A stretch of 63,882 nt of DNA, counting the filler, from Octopus bimaculoides (taxonomy: Eukaryota): the NCBI RefSeq assembly GCF_001194135.2. It is 5 parts of 4 records of this genome, joined end to end, with 100 filler letters (N's around TTAATTAATTAA, not from the genome) between each part and the next. Parts side by side here need not be neighbours in the genome. Positions count along the whole stretch, not along the records: positions 29,414 to 43,237 come from NC_068989.1; positions 43,338 to 52,435 come from NC_069000.1; 3 more parts are not named here. One strand, 5' to 3'. The notes below the pieces were generated by a model, which saw nothing but the letters and a program-made list of their open reading frames with translations, was not told where the DNA came from and made no database searches. Positions 37,457-50,121 of the stretch are shown here, in pieces (the first letter of the stretch is position 1; the number at the start of each line of letters is the position of its first letter). The position numbers and the translations under genes were made by a program.

Positions 37457-37469
37457 TATTTATTTACAG

Positions 37470-37541
37470 GATATTCTGGAGAATGATGACATTAAACTAG
37501 ACTGGACATTTAAACAATCTCTACTTTCTGACCTGGTCAAT
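37470..37541 (+). CDS. Receptor guanylyl cyclase, kinase-homology domain exon 3
   Basis: tatttacag|GAT...GTCAAT|gtaagt, 72 nt. It encodes DILENDDIKLDWTFKQSLLSDLVN (compare NPR [24 protein letters not shown]). Confidence 0.95.
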
Positions 37542-37766
37542 GTAAGTATTACCTTTAAGTAGAAAAAGTCACCGAATCGCGTGACTTTATGCTTCTTTCT
37601 AGAACACAAATGCAATACGTTAATTTGCGCTTGATATATACACCTTCACATTTCGTTATATTATCGAAAGAGATATTTGATCTGATATGAGGCTAAATGT
37701 TAAAAGCTAAAAGCTACATGCTAAAAGAAAAGTATGTATATTTCTTTAACACATATGGAAGTGGGG

Positions 37767-38140
37767 TGGAGGCACAATGGCCCAGTGGTTTGGGCAGCGG
37801 ACTCGCGGTCATAGGATCGCGGTTTCAATTCCCAGACAGGGCGTTGTGAGTGAAAACACCTAAAGCTCTACGAGGCTCCGGCACGGGATGGTGGCGAACC
37901 CTGCTGTACTCTTTCACCACAACTTTCTCTCAGTCTTACTTCCTGTTTCTGTTGTGCCTGTAATTCAAAGGGTCAGCCTTGTCACACTCTGTTTCACGCT
38001 GAATATCCCCGAGAACTACGTAAAGGGCACACGTGTCTGTGGAATGCTCAGCCACTTGCATGTTAATTTCATGAGCAGGCTGTTCCGTTGATCGGATCAA
38101 CAGGAACCCTCGTCGTCGTAACCGACGGAGTGCCAACAAC
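37767..38140 (+). mobile_element. Full-length tRNA-derived SINE family C with 12-bp TSD
   Basis: TSD ATGGAAGTGGGG at 37755-37766 and 38141-38152; A box TGGCCCAGTGG, B box GGTTTCAATTCCC and a CAACAAC tail. Confidence 0.9.
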
Positions 38141-39159
38141 ATGGAAGTGGGGCTCCAGCATGGTCGCAGTTCAGTTACTGAAACCAGTGAAAAAGGAAGG
38201 AAATGCAATCAGTATTTGAATGTATCTTGTATTTCTAGTTTTTAATTTATAGTTGGAATGGTTAATATTACCTTCAAACACTATATTCTATGTGGTGGTG
38301 ATTGAATTTCTATATAACTCTCTCTCTTTTCCTCTCTCTCTCTCTCTTCCTCTCTCTCTCTCTCTCCCTCTTTCCTTCCCTCTCTTCCTTTCTCTCTCTC
38401 TCTCTAAGTGTATATGAATGTATTTCTAATGCATTTCGTTTTCTGTAAAACTGATTTAGTTTTTCTTAAAAACCTAAGCACACTCAGTATGTATGTAAAT
38501 AACTCACCTGGAAGTCAATATTTTGAAAGCAGAAAAAGTAGTTGCTTTTCTTTTATTAATTTTGTTTAATAATCGTCAATCTAAATTTTGTCTTCAAACT
38601 TTTTAGCGATTTAGATATTAGAGCGAACATTTAATCAATCATTTATTATGTTTGAGATACACATTTCCTTCCAAAAATGTGTCAAAATCTTGCTCTGCGT
38701 TTTATGTTTTTCCTTTAAAACCATTTCGCTAAATATATGTTGAAACGCACTAAAGTTGTTAGTTTTTTTCCGCAAAATATCCTTGTGAAAAAAGGATGCT
38801 TCTTATTCGGAGTTACATCTTATACGCCTGTAAATACATCAACATATTAAACCAAATTTCCCTCAAACCACGCTCTACATTCTTTAAAAAGACAAGTGTA
38901 CATTGATTGCAGTAATACTAGATACACTGCATCTGAATTCCAGACGGAGCAGTCACAGTTGTTGTATCATTGATCAAAGGTTTGCTCGAAGAATTCTGAC
39001 CTAGGGTAAACCGGAAAATAAAGCAAGCCAATAAGAAAGCCTCTACACGGTTGTTTGATCTGCCAGAAATAGCTGTCTATTTCTCCCCAAATCACTCCTT
39101 ACTGTCTTGAAAAGTAAAAGACATATCGGATGTTGTAATCCTTCATAGATTACATCAAT

Positions 39160-39545
39160 CGATTGATCAATCAGTCAACCAACCAATTAACCAACTAACC
39201 AATCAATCAACCATCCAATCAGTCAATCAATCAGTCAGTCGATCAATCACTCAATCATTTAACCAGCCAAGCAATCCAACTAACAATCACTCAACTAATC
39301 AGTCAATAAGCCAAAACAAACTATCAGTCAATCAAGTAAGTAAGCAACCAACCAATTATTCAGTCAATAAGTCAATCAATCGATCATCCAATCACTGAAT
39401 CAACCAACAACTCAATCAATCAATCACTCAATCAACCAACCAAATTTATATTCAATCAATCACTCAATCAATCAATCTACCAGTCAATCAATTACTCAAT
39501 CAACCAATCACTTAATCATTCAGTCACACAATCAGCTAATCACTC
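39160..39545. repeat. Degenerate (CAAT)n simple satellite
   Basis: Direct reading. Confidence 0.85.
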
Positions 39546-39849
39546 AAAAAATAACTTCGACAAGACTAGTGGCAAAAAACACTGATGATTCGTGCTACAT
39601 TGCATGACCAGATAATGACGATGTTATACAACGAATAGGGTGACTTCAATATATTTTCCCCTGAATTGTTACCGTAAAAGATTTTAGAGGTGTTTTATTT
39701 TAAAATCAGAAATATCAACACGGTGAAAATTTAACTAAAGAAAAATTCGACGGGAATGTACTATTGTTTTTTTTATTTAAAATTCTTTTATGAATGATTC
39801 TTGAATGTTTCAGTAGATACTTGTTGCATTTTCAGATTTTATTTTAGCT

Positions 39850-41000
39850 GTTGTTGCTGAACTGGTCAGCCGTAACAGAAAATCTATAATCGAAGTTATC
39901 CGAGCCATGATTACTCGTCCTTTTCTCGAGCATTGCATAGCTGGGACTGCATCTTCTAATGTGTATCCCTGTTATCGATAGGGTATCTTGTAATTTGAGG
40001 AAGATTTGGTTGCTGTTTCTAGCAAATCGAGCAACCACATAGAGGACATTTCGTCAGCTCGTTTACTAGCGGAGGTGCTGTGCTCATGATCTTTGCAAGC
40101 TCTCTTTTCCAGGTTGATGAGATTAATGCGGATGATCCACAGCTCCAGTATTTGTAGGTCAATGTTTGCATGAATGGAAAAGGTATTACAGTCACGGAAA
40201 GAAAAAAAAAACCGAATGAAGTGTTTGTCGTGACGTTTGGAAAGACCACTGGGCTGCTGTCTATCCTTTTTCAGGAAATATGATTATATTGTTCGTCCTT
40301 CTGGAAGACTACAGAAGTTCACCTTCATCTTCTTTTTAAAGAGTATCAGCAACAGAAGATGCAGTCGCTTCCACTGATTCTACACCTTCCACGTACCCTC
40401 ACGAACGAAGAAAATGCAGATGAGCATGATGTGATTCCAAGAAGATCGAATCTTGACCTGAATCGAATTTGGATTATAGTAAGGGAGTCCAGTCTCAATC
40501 CCTCGTCTCTGAGTTCCTGAATTTGTGGCAAGTACGGGCTGAAACGGCTGAAGGCATACCAGTAGGATGACCAAGGGATTTACATGTCTCACTCTGCTTT
40601 GAGGTGTGCGTCCCACAGCGAAATTAGTGGATGTTGCCTTTCTGCTCACTGAAGCATGATCACAAATGGTTGGATTAATCTGTCACAGTTCGCTAGAAAT
40701 CTAGTTTTCACATATGTAGAGTGAAAAACTCTAAAAGAATTTTAATGAATGTTTAAGACTTGTCGTCTGCTCTCAACCTTGCTCAGCCGACCTGCTAATG
40801 CTGTTATTCAGAATGCAGTGCATTACCACATGTAGACAGTTCGCGCGGGCTACTGCTAGGAGACAAAAACAGATGGGTTGTCCTGAAAAAAAATTAAAAG
40901 GACATCTAACAATTGGATACTATTCTTCCCTGACGTTCTATATAGCCTTTCAGGAAATATATCATTCTGATGAAGCATCTTAACGCTTCACTCCAACTAT
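39850..41000 (+). mobile_element. Possible highly decayed Gypsy-like pol remnant (RNase H to integrase)
   Basis: Ordered weak motifs in changing frames: SNHIEDISSAR (cf. NHIADALSR), EINADDPQLQYL (cf. TxxDPxLQxV), HKWLD (cf. SKWLE) and NWILFFPDVLYSL (cf. WDxxLPxVLFAY). Confidence 0.3.
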
Positions 41001-42907
41001 CTAAACTGAGTTTGCACACGTAGTTTTACAGTGGCGTGCATAGATATTTTATTGGTTTGCTCCAGATCAGAAGATGAAATATTGGTCTGAGCTCTGTTTG
41101 TTTAATCCCTGTTCAAGAAATAGACTTCATGAAGGAATTCAAGAAATGAATATACAGGAATATTTTTTCTTTCATTGCCTTCACCAAAACCAGAGGAGAT
41201 GAATACAAGACTACAAGACCATTATCAACATAGTGGCTTTGACGTTGTATAAGCATTTAGTTATCAGTGGGTTCGTCTGCAATAGAAAACAGAAGTTCGT
41301 CGACTCAAGTGGATTAAAATATCAGATCAATGCTTAAGATATGCTAGTTTTCTTCCTTCTATTCTAAGAACATTTTTAGCAGTTACACTACTGCTGGTGC
41401 TTAGAATATGTTTTAATCTTTTAATGATTTAATCTGAGATGGAAGAACTGTTCGTAGAACTGTTCAGGAGTCGCATAGACTACAGATTAAATATATTGAG
41501 ATAAAGTTTGTGATTAACATTCAAGAAAGCTTAGGCTGAGAGGAAGTTGAGCGGGAAGCTTTATAGGAAGGAACAATGTGCAAGTAATGGGGTGGAGAAA
41601 ATGCATGGTTTAGGAGAAGTGATTGAAGAAAGGAGTGTGAAATGAATAGGTTAGGATGAAAGGCAGCAGCAGCAGTAGTAGCTGAGCGAGATTGACGGAG
41701 AAACCGTCAGGTGTAGCAGCGGAAGAGAAACAAAAAGGGCTCTGTTCAGCAACGTGAAAGTAGTTGGAGAGTGTTAGTGTACAAGAAGTGTTGTTGCTGT
41801 TAAGGTAGTGGTGATGTTTAGCCATGAGTTAGTCTCGATTGAGTAGACATATAATCAAAGATACTCTAATTATGACTATTTCATCAGGATGTATCTACAT
41901 AATCCATAATAGCTTTCATTTCGTAATACATAATCCATAATAGCTTTCCTTTCGTAAAGAGAGTAGGACATGATCTGGCTGCTATAAACAAAAGGTTTAA
42001 AAGCGGCGGTATAGAGAGGCCACGTTGTTGGTTTGTAGTCAGTAAACATTTATTTCTACGACTATTGGTCCGCAATTTAAGGCATTAAGGGTGCGTTTAA
42101 CAAATACTAGAAATGGATCAAAATATTAGGTCACTGCAGAAGATATGGCAGCTCTTTTATTTCAGTTCCAGGAACACTTTATAAATTTCACATACATAGA
42201 CATAGGCACAGGCGCGCACACACACGGATCATTTTATCATCTCCCTAGTAGTCACAGAGATTGTAACTTGTAAATATTTTTGTTAGCGTGTTTAACAATG
42301 GCTTATGCAATCACATTTATATTTACTAATCTAAAGTATTTGCAAGGTTCACCACCACATAGTTCATTCCACAGTAAACTTGAATCACCACAATCTCAAC
42401 AAAGTCACTATTCTGTCATGATATAAAGAAACTAACTTCGTCGTTCAAAAAAAGGTAAGTTATTGTTCGGCCTATCTAGATCAGACCCATGAACAGAGGT
42501 CACGAAAACATTGTTCAATGGAGACATAGCAACCTAGTTTCTTTTAACTATACAAACCCCCAGATCACTACAAATATAAGAGAGAACAGAAATGTATCTA
42601 AAACTCTCAATGTCGCTTGAAGTATTAGGACTCACGATATTGTATGATCTCTCGTATCTAGCTCATGTACTTTCTCGCTATAAAAATTAATTTCCAATAA
42701 ATAAAATAGAGACAGTCAAATTTTCGTCAAACCATTTATTCTAGCCCCAATTTATAGAGCAAATTATTATGCTACCTTTGTACAGTTATAATACCGCAGC
42801 TGTTAAATATTAATCACCGAGCAGGCTCAACTGTATTACAGCATCAATGATTCTGCTACAGTGGCGGTATACACCTCAAACTTAATCACTTGCGAAAGTG
42901 CTGCCCC

Positions 42908-43061
42908 TAAGGTGTGGCTGTGTGATAAAAAGCTATCAACTCAACCACATGGTTTCGGGTTCAGTCTCACTGCGTTGCATTTTGGGTGTCTTATACTATA
43001 GCTTCGGACTGACCCAAAGCCTTGTGAGTGGATTTGGTAGTCGGAAATTGATAGAAGTTCG

Positions 43062-43107
<46 letters not shown>

Positions 43108-43237
43108 GTGTCTTTGTGCTCGTGATTGTCCCCAGCCACCGCTTGACAACCGATGTTAGTGTGCTTACGTTCCCGTAACATAGCGGTTCGGCATAAGACA
43201 CCGATATAATAAGTACCAGGCATAAGGAAAAAGTACT
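42908..43237 (+). mobile_element. SINE family B, near full length with internal (GT)n
   Basis: Head GGTGTGGCTGTGTGATAA...GGTTTCGGGTTCAGTCTC; tail CTTGACAACCGATG...GCGGTTCGGCA...AGTACCAGGC. Confidence 0.8.
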
Positions 43238-43569
43238 NNNNNNNNNNNNNNNNNNNNNNNNNNNNNNNNNNNNNNNNNNNNTTAATTAATTAANNNNNNN
43301 NNNNNNNNNNNNNNNNNNNNNNNNNNNNNNNNNNNNNTCTGCAATGTGGTGCATAAATTGTCAAGTAAATGAGACGCATCTTTGCCTCCACTGATTCACT
43401 TGCAAAGTGTTGAGTAAAATTATTTCGTTGCAGACCTCCTTTGAGTCTTTTTATTATCACTGCGACACACATAGTCCCCAGTTGGTAACATTGATTTCAA
43501 GGCCTTCCCAGATGAGAGACTGGCATTCCACTTAATGTCTATGTTCCATGCTGGCATGGATTGGAGAGT

Positions 43570-43687
43570 TATTAATGTAGAAATATGGTATCGTAGCTAC
43601 TAACAGTTGAGGGTTGCGTAGTCTAGACGGCGTTTTTAGATTTCAGTATTCTCTTTAACCCGAGCAAAGCCGGGTATTTCTGCTAGT
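43570..43687 (+). mobile_element. Non-autonomous Helitron 3' terminus
   Basis: Subterminal hairpin ACCCG-AGCAAAGC-CGGGT (43658-43675) followed by CTAG|T (43683-43687). Confidence 0.65.
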
Positions 43688-45154
43688 AACTGAATAAATC
43701 TTTCACCAACACACTCTGGTTCAAGGTTGATTTTTTGTGTATAGCTTAACTAAAGCTATTGTGTTCAGCATTTAAAATCTCAACCTTGTTCTGAAATGGC
43801 AGCTCAGTTATGGTTTCTGCAGTATTTCATTTCAAATAAGTTTCAACTGCACTTCCCCATAAATATATTCATAAAAATTTAAGGCAACAGACTTTATCAT
43901 GTAAATATAAAAGTAGTCTACAAAAATGTTCATTTTTATTATTTTTTAATACCTAAAATTAACTGTGCAACAAAAGGTAAATTCAAATGCAACAACATTG
44001 TTTTGTAAATTTGAAATAAGGATGTATGATGGAAGAGAACTGAAATAGAAATATTAATTGATGCCGAAACAGTAAAAACACACTATTCAATTGGTAATCA
44101 TACAAGATGTGAATTTGTGTGTTGTTTGTTTGTATATATGATTATCAGCAGAAAGCTTAGAGTCATTTGTTCAGTTTGGTCATAAACACAATGTGTATAA
44201 TGGGCTTTACTTTACTTTACTTATTTGAAAATTCAGCACAAATTAACTTAATTCTGGTGACAGTAAAACATTAAAAATAGAACATGAAGGTTTATATTTT
44301 ATAACTTTGCAAACACATATTGAATAACAAGCAGTAAAACCTCTTAATCCATTTATCTGTATGAAATAAATGATGCTTATATTTTTATTATCTAAAGATG
44401 CTATTGTCTGTTAAATCCAGGGAGGGTAATAATAGTGTGTCATTTTTAGCATACAAATTTGCTTTCACAAATATGGTTACCATTCTGATACTTTGATATA
44501 TTATAACTGATGGGCTGAGTATTACAGTTGATGATGATTTGAGTTTATGAGTATGAGACAAAAATCATCAATAACATTAGAAACATTGGAGGAGAGAGAT
44601 CCAAAGGTTCTGTGAACTATAGTATTGGGTAAGTTTGATTGAATTGAAAAATGATAAAATTTTTGACAAAGGGACTTTGACAGAGTAGTAACTTAATGTA
44701 ATTGTTGGTGGCAGTAAAAAAAGAAGCGGATAGGTTAAAAACTGGAGACAAGAAGTAAATGAAGAGACAGTCACAGTGAGTGAGAGATGTAAAAAGTGAC
44801 AAGTGATTTGTTAAGAAGGTGAGATGTTTGTTGTGAGAGGCAACATGAAATATGAGTTGCTTTGGCCAAGCAGTATCATTTTTGAGTTCAGAGCTTTTGC
44901 TATATATGTACATGTGTGCATACATATATACATACATGAAGCCAATAGTAGCCTTGTTGTTAAACAAGACTACTATTGGTTTCATACTAAGAATTCTTGG
45001 AAATTATCAAGCCTGCCTCATGGGATGTTGGTATTTGTCTCCATCTTGGACAGAAATACAATAAAACTACATGAAACTAGGATTTTGGAATTAACAAATA
45101 AATATACAGATTAGAGGAAACAACTCCCTTGCATTAGTTCTGGCCATGTTCATC

Positions 45155-45580
45155 ATCATCATCATCATTTAACGTCCGCTTTCCATGCTAGCATGGGTTG
45201 GACAATTTGACTGGGGACTGGCGACCAGATGGCTACACCAGACTCCAATCTGATCTGGTAGAGTTTCTACAGCTGGATGCCCTTCCTACCACCAACCACT
45301 CCGAGAGTGTAGTGGGTGCTTTTTATGTGCCACTGGCACAAGGGCCAGTCCGGCGTACTGGCAACAGCCACGCTCAAATGGTGTTTTTTACGTGCCACCT
45401 GCATAGGGGTCAGTCCAATGTTTTGTTCACATGCCACCGGCACAAGTGCAAATAAGGCAAAGCTGGAAATGGTCAAGTACAAATGGTGCTTTTTACATGC
45501 CACCGGCATGGGAGCGATACCACTGCTCTGGCAGTGATCCCGCTCAGATGGTGCTGTTAGCGCTCCACTGGCACGGAAAA
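45155..45580 (-). mobile_element. SINE with RTE-like 3' tail ((GAT)n tail)
   Basis: CATCATCATCATTTAACGTCCGCTTTCCATGCTAGCATGGGTTGGAC is also found at 63578-63640. Confidence 0.75.
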
Positions 45581-45829
45581 TGAATATAGGCGTATATACA
45601 CATGTACATATGTGCTGATTATGTGCACACACTTACACCTGTATTATGCATTTTCATGTTTGAGTGTGTGCCCATAATTGTTTATATTTGCACATATGTT
45701 CTCATAATTGTAGGTTCACATATTTTTGACATCAGATTTGGTCCATGTTGTAAATTCATGGGATTGCATATTCATAAGTTTGTGTATCATGCAGTGTCAT
45801 ACACATGTGCACATATATATACACACATA

Positions 45830-46070
45830 CATACATGTACCTGCGTCACCTCTGCCAGTGACACATACAAGGCATCCATGCAGGTGCCATGTAAAAAAAA
45901 AGCTCAGTGCACTCTGTGCAGTGGCTGTAGTTAGGAAGTGCATCCAACCATAGAAACCAAACCAAAACAGATGACTGGAGCCTGGTGCAGCTCTCCAGCT
46001 TACCAGTTCTGGTCAAACCATCTAATCCATGTCTGCATGGAAAACAGATGTTAATTGATGATAATGATAT
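45830..46070 (+). mobile_element. Second, opposite-orientation copy of the RTE-tail SINE
   Basis: ...CATGGAAAACAGATGTTAATTGATGATAATGAT is the reverse complement of the 45155 tail, with mismatches. Confidence 0.6.
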
Positions 46071-46867
46071 GCATACACATCTGCACTATGTATTCTGTTC
46101 ATGTTTATGCATTATGCATAATGCAGTTCATTCATGTTTTAGTGTGAGCACGTAATTTTGGAGTTTCACATACTTTGACATCAAACTTTGTCTATGGGAT
46201 TTGTTATGGTGAGGATCATGACACCCTCTGTGAGAATGGATAACCAAACTTGTATAAGCAGCAGTGTGGTTGACTGAGAGCAAGAGACGAGAAATCACAA
46301 GAAGTTCAATGGTGTTGTTTGTGAGCTTGTGGAGTTGCAGGAAGTTGTTGGCAGAGTATTATAGTTCATTGAGAGTTGTTCTGGATTTGTTACAGTTGTT
46401 GGCAGAGTATACATCAAGGGGAAACAGTTGGTGTCTACGCTTTTCCATGGTATTATATATCACATTGCTATAGTGTAGGATACAAAAGTGACATGCAGTA
46501 ATCACATTATAAAAGAATAGAAAATTCATGGGATTGTTGATTTATAAGTTTGTATATATTGTATGATGTTATGCACACATATTTGTGTAACAAGTGAATT
46601 CAACTCAAGTTTATGGAGGCATGTCTTTTATGTATAATGATCATATAATGCATATACCTGATGTTCTGAGGCTTATCCAGGTATGAGGAGTGGAAAAGTC
46701 GGTGAAGGGTCATGATTAAAATTTCAGATTATGAATTGTTGCTTATGTATTCAAGGCCTGAAGGTTTCATTATTAGTATTTAAAACATTCACTGTTGATG
46801 TTATGATATTTAGTTTCTCAGTAATGCAAAGCTTGTATTTGCTGAACATCAGTTACATATATTATAT

Positions 46868-47220
46868 GATTAGTAGCAGAGATACCTGGCATTGCTCAGG
46901 TTTAAAGTGGCATAGTTTTCTATTCTTTTACTTGTTTCAGTCATGTCGTTGAAGCCATGCTGGAGCACCACCTTTAATCAAAGAAATCAACCCCAGGATT
47001 TATTCTTTCTAAGCCTAGTACTTATTCTATTGGTGTGTTATGTCAAATAGCTAATTTGTGAGGACGTAAACACAGCAACATTGGTTGTCAAACGATGGTA
47101 GGGGTACAAACACAGATACACACACATACACACACACACATGCAAAAATATGCAACAGTCTTATTTCAGATTCAGTGTACAAAATCCACTCTCAAGGCTT
47201 TGGTGGGCCTGCAGCTATAG
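46868..47220 (-). mobile_element. Composite of SINE family B and a Helitron-type 3' end
   Basis: Minus strand CCTGAGCAATGCCAGGTATCTCTGCTACT joined to family B sequence; an inverted homologue lies at 50122-50340. Confidence 0.55.
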
Positions 47221-47234
47221 TATGTATGCATGTA

Positions 47235-47272
<38 letters not shown>

Positions 47273-47902
47273 ATGAATAAAAATTAAAAAAATTTTTTTT
47301 AAAAAGGGGTTTGTATAACAGTGTATAGAGGAGTATATTATTCAAAAGAATTCCAACACTGTCTATTTTTTATGTTTTATTTATATTCTTATGAAATTAA
47401 TGTACGATATAGAATGTGGAATATATAGTATATTATAGTAAAATGAAATGAAGTATTGAATGTCTTATTCANNNNNNNNNNNNNNNNNNNNNNNNNNNNN
47501 NNNNNNNNNNNNNNNNNNNNNNNNNNNNNNNNNNNNNNNNNNNNNNNNNNNNNNNNNNNNNNNNNNNNNNNNNNNNNNNNNNNNNNNNNNNNNNNNNNNN
47601 NNNNNNNNNNNNNNNNNNNNNNNNNNNNNNNNNNNNNNNNNNNNNNNNNNNNNNNNNNNNNNNNNNNNNNNNNNNNNNNNNNNNNNNNNNNNNNNNNNNN
47701 NNNNNNNNNNNNNNNNNNNNNNNNNNNNNNNNNNNNNNNNNNNNNNNNNNNNNNNNNNNNNNNNNNNNNNNNNNNNNNNNNNNNNNNNNNNNNNNNNNNN
47801 NNNNNNNNNNNGGGATGGTCATATTGCCAGTTTAGCCAATAAAACACACGCACTGTATATTTGGTGTTAATTTGCTTCAGCTTTATATTACATTACATTA
47901 AT

Positions 47903-47955
47903 CCTATTTCGGCCAGAGTTCTTTCATCACACTTCTGTGACCTCATCAGTGGTCC
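47903..47955 (-). ncRNA. Incomplete hammerhead-like motif in the PLE 3' flank
   Basis: CTGATGA-GGTCA...TGGCC-GAAA gives the core and stem II, but helices I and III do not close. Confidence 0.35.
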
Positions 47956-48419
47956 TTTGCTTTCTTCTTTCTTATGTGTGTCTCACCTTGCTAACTATCA
48001 GCCATTTTGTATTTTGTATTCTTATTGTATGTGTCTATGCATGCATATCCCTCAATGTGTGTCTGTTTTGTAAGTGCATGTGTGTGTATGGGGAGTGCCT
48101 GTATTATCTATATCCTCTGTTAATACATGTTCGTTTATTTTTGTTTTATTTATTTATTTGTTCATGTGTTTATACCTACTTTTTTGTGTTTTTTTTTTGT
48201 TTTTGTATTTAATTTAATTTTGTTAACGTATGTAGTTATTTAATTCCATTTGTTTATCTATGTATTGTATTATACTTTTTTCATATTGTTATCGGTTTAT
48301 GGGGAATTTATTGTCATATGTTGTGGTTTGTCGGGTGTGTGTGTGTGCTAGTGTTTCATTCCAGTTTCCTATTCAGGCTAGGTTTATCTTCTATTATGTG
48401 TGTAGCTTCTGTAATTTGT

Positions 48420-50021
48420 CTAAGTGCTGCGTCTGTTCNNNNNNNNNNCTTCTGTAATTTGTCTAAGTGCTGCGTCTGTTCTATGTGTGGACAAGATTTT
48501 AATTTCTATGTTGTTGAGTGAGCCTCCGTGTTCCTGCTCAGCATGATGATACAGAACTAATGAGCTCTTCCCTTCCTTAAGTTCCCTCCAATGTCCATTT
48601 ACCCTCTCTCCTATGCTCCGTGCTGTTTCACCTACATACGTCATTGTCTTGTTACTGCATCGTCCCTCTGTACATCTTATACTATAGACCACATTTCTGG
48701 TTTTACAGTTTGTTTGTGGGCTAAATCTACATACAGTACAGTTCCTATCAGTGCAGGGGGTTCTACTAAAAGGGTATGTTCTACTGATAAGGAATTTGAT
48801 AGGGATGCCTGGCCTTTCAACAACCTTAATTCTTAGCTTAAGTTTGTCTAGGGCCCTACTAATGCGGTATGCCAGTTCGCCTATAGGGGTGGTGTCGACG
48901 AACATGACGCTCTGGTATTTGTGGCTATCATACCATGAGTTGGCCTTCCCTATTTTCTTCTTAATCCTTTCAATGGTGTTCCATGATTTACTCCTATAGA
49001 ATGGGCAAATCCCATTACGTTTGATGGTTTCAAATTTCTTCATAGCTCCTTTGTATACCCTGATCCTTTCTTTATGGCTGTAACCTGAGAACTGCATGCA
49101 GTGAACGAAATGTTGTATATGTCTCTTTAACTCTGTAGGGTTGCACATGCAGGACACATTTCACATTACTCTGAGACGAGGTCTGCTATCAGTATATTGA
49201 ATTTGGCATTGTCCGCAAATAGCTGAGTTCCGGTGGATCAGGTATTTGGAGGCCATAGGTTTTGTATAGTGTGAATGGAGGATTTGGGTTTTATTATTCT
49301 CAGTTTCTAGCCAGAGTTCGGTATCTAATACAGGTAATCTATGGTTAGGGTGTTTAGTAGGGTAGTCTATCGTAAGTTTAATACTCTGGTGGATGGAGTT
49401 AGCTATTTGCTGGATGCTCTCCATAGTACTAGTTTCTATTTCTATTTCAAAAGTACTCTCTTGTGAGGGTGTCTTTACCACTACGTTGATATCATCGACA
49501 TATCGAGAGTACATATTCACAAGTATGGAGTTCTGTGTCAGGTGTTCCTTACGCCTTCTGTCCCACCATACCATGAAGAGATTGGCCACATCACCGGCGA
49601 TACTAACACTGATGGCTTCCTCCTCGTCCTGGGCATATAATTTGTTGTTAAATTTAAATGTGTGGCCTTTTAGGGTAACCTTTATACTAGCTCCTAGTGC
49701 ATGTGCGATCATTTTCTTTACCTGATGAACATTAGCGAGGGGTCCGTATGGCTCTGGTCCATCTGCTTCATCTCTCTATAGGGGTCTTCCTAGCCATAGA
49801 GGTAATTGTGGGTGGTCTACCTCTTAAACGTCTACTAGAGCAGAAACCTCTAAGGTCGTGTTTATTTAGATATACATCATCATATGTCAATCTAAGTAGG
49901 AGGCCCAGTTCTTCTGTGTTGACATTGCAGAACTCCACTTCGCTCTCATTGATCATCTCCACGCACTTTTTCACCGCAAAATCCACGTCGATAGATGGGT
50001 ATAGTGATACCACATCCATGC
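48420..50021 (-). mobile_element. Penelope-like element: RT plus C-terminal GIY-YIG endonuclease, disrupted
   Basis: DVVSLYPSID, AISVSIAGDVANLFMVWWD, YSRYVDDI, LPVLDTELW, HYTKPMAS, CTDRNCTVC...CKTRNVVYSIRC...YVGETARSIGERVNGH. Confidence 0.92.
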
Positions 50022-50121
50022 NNNNNNNNNNNNNNNNNNNNNNNNNNNNNNNNNNNNNNNNNNNNNNNNNNNNNNNNNNNNNNNNNNNNNNNNNNNNNNN
50101 NNNNNNNNNNNNNNNNNNNNN

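Noticed and set aside
41850-41893. Minus-strand ACATC-CTGATGA-A-TAGTC/GACTA stem
   Set aside because: No GAAA follows the stem; at most half a motif.
42344-42455. AG/GT-bounded segment tested as the next GC exon (GMxYLH...)
   Set aside because: The phase-0 frame has a stop and lacks the HGxLKSSNC motif.
44560-44900. Possible mariner or LINE remnant
   Set aside because: Only vague similarity with many stops; no diagnostic motif.
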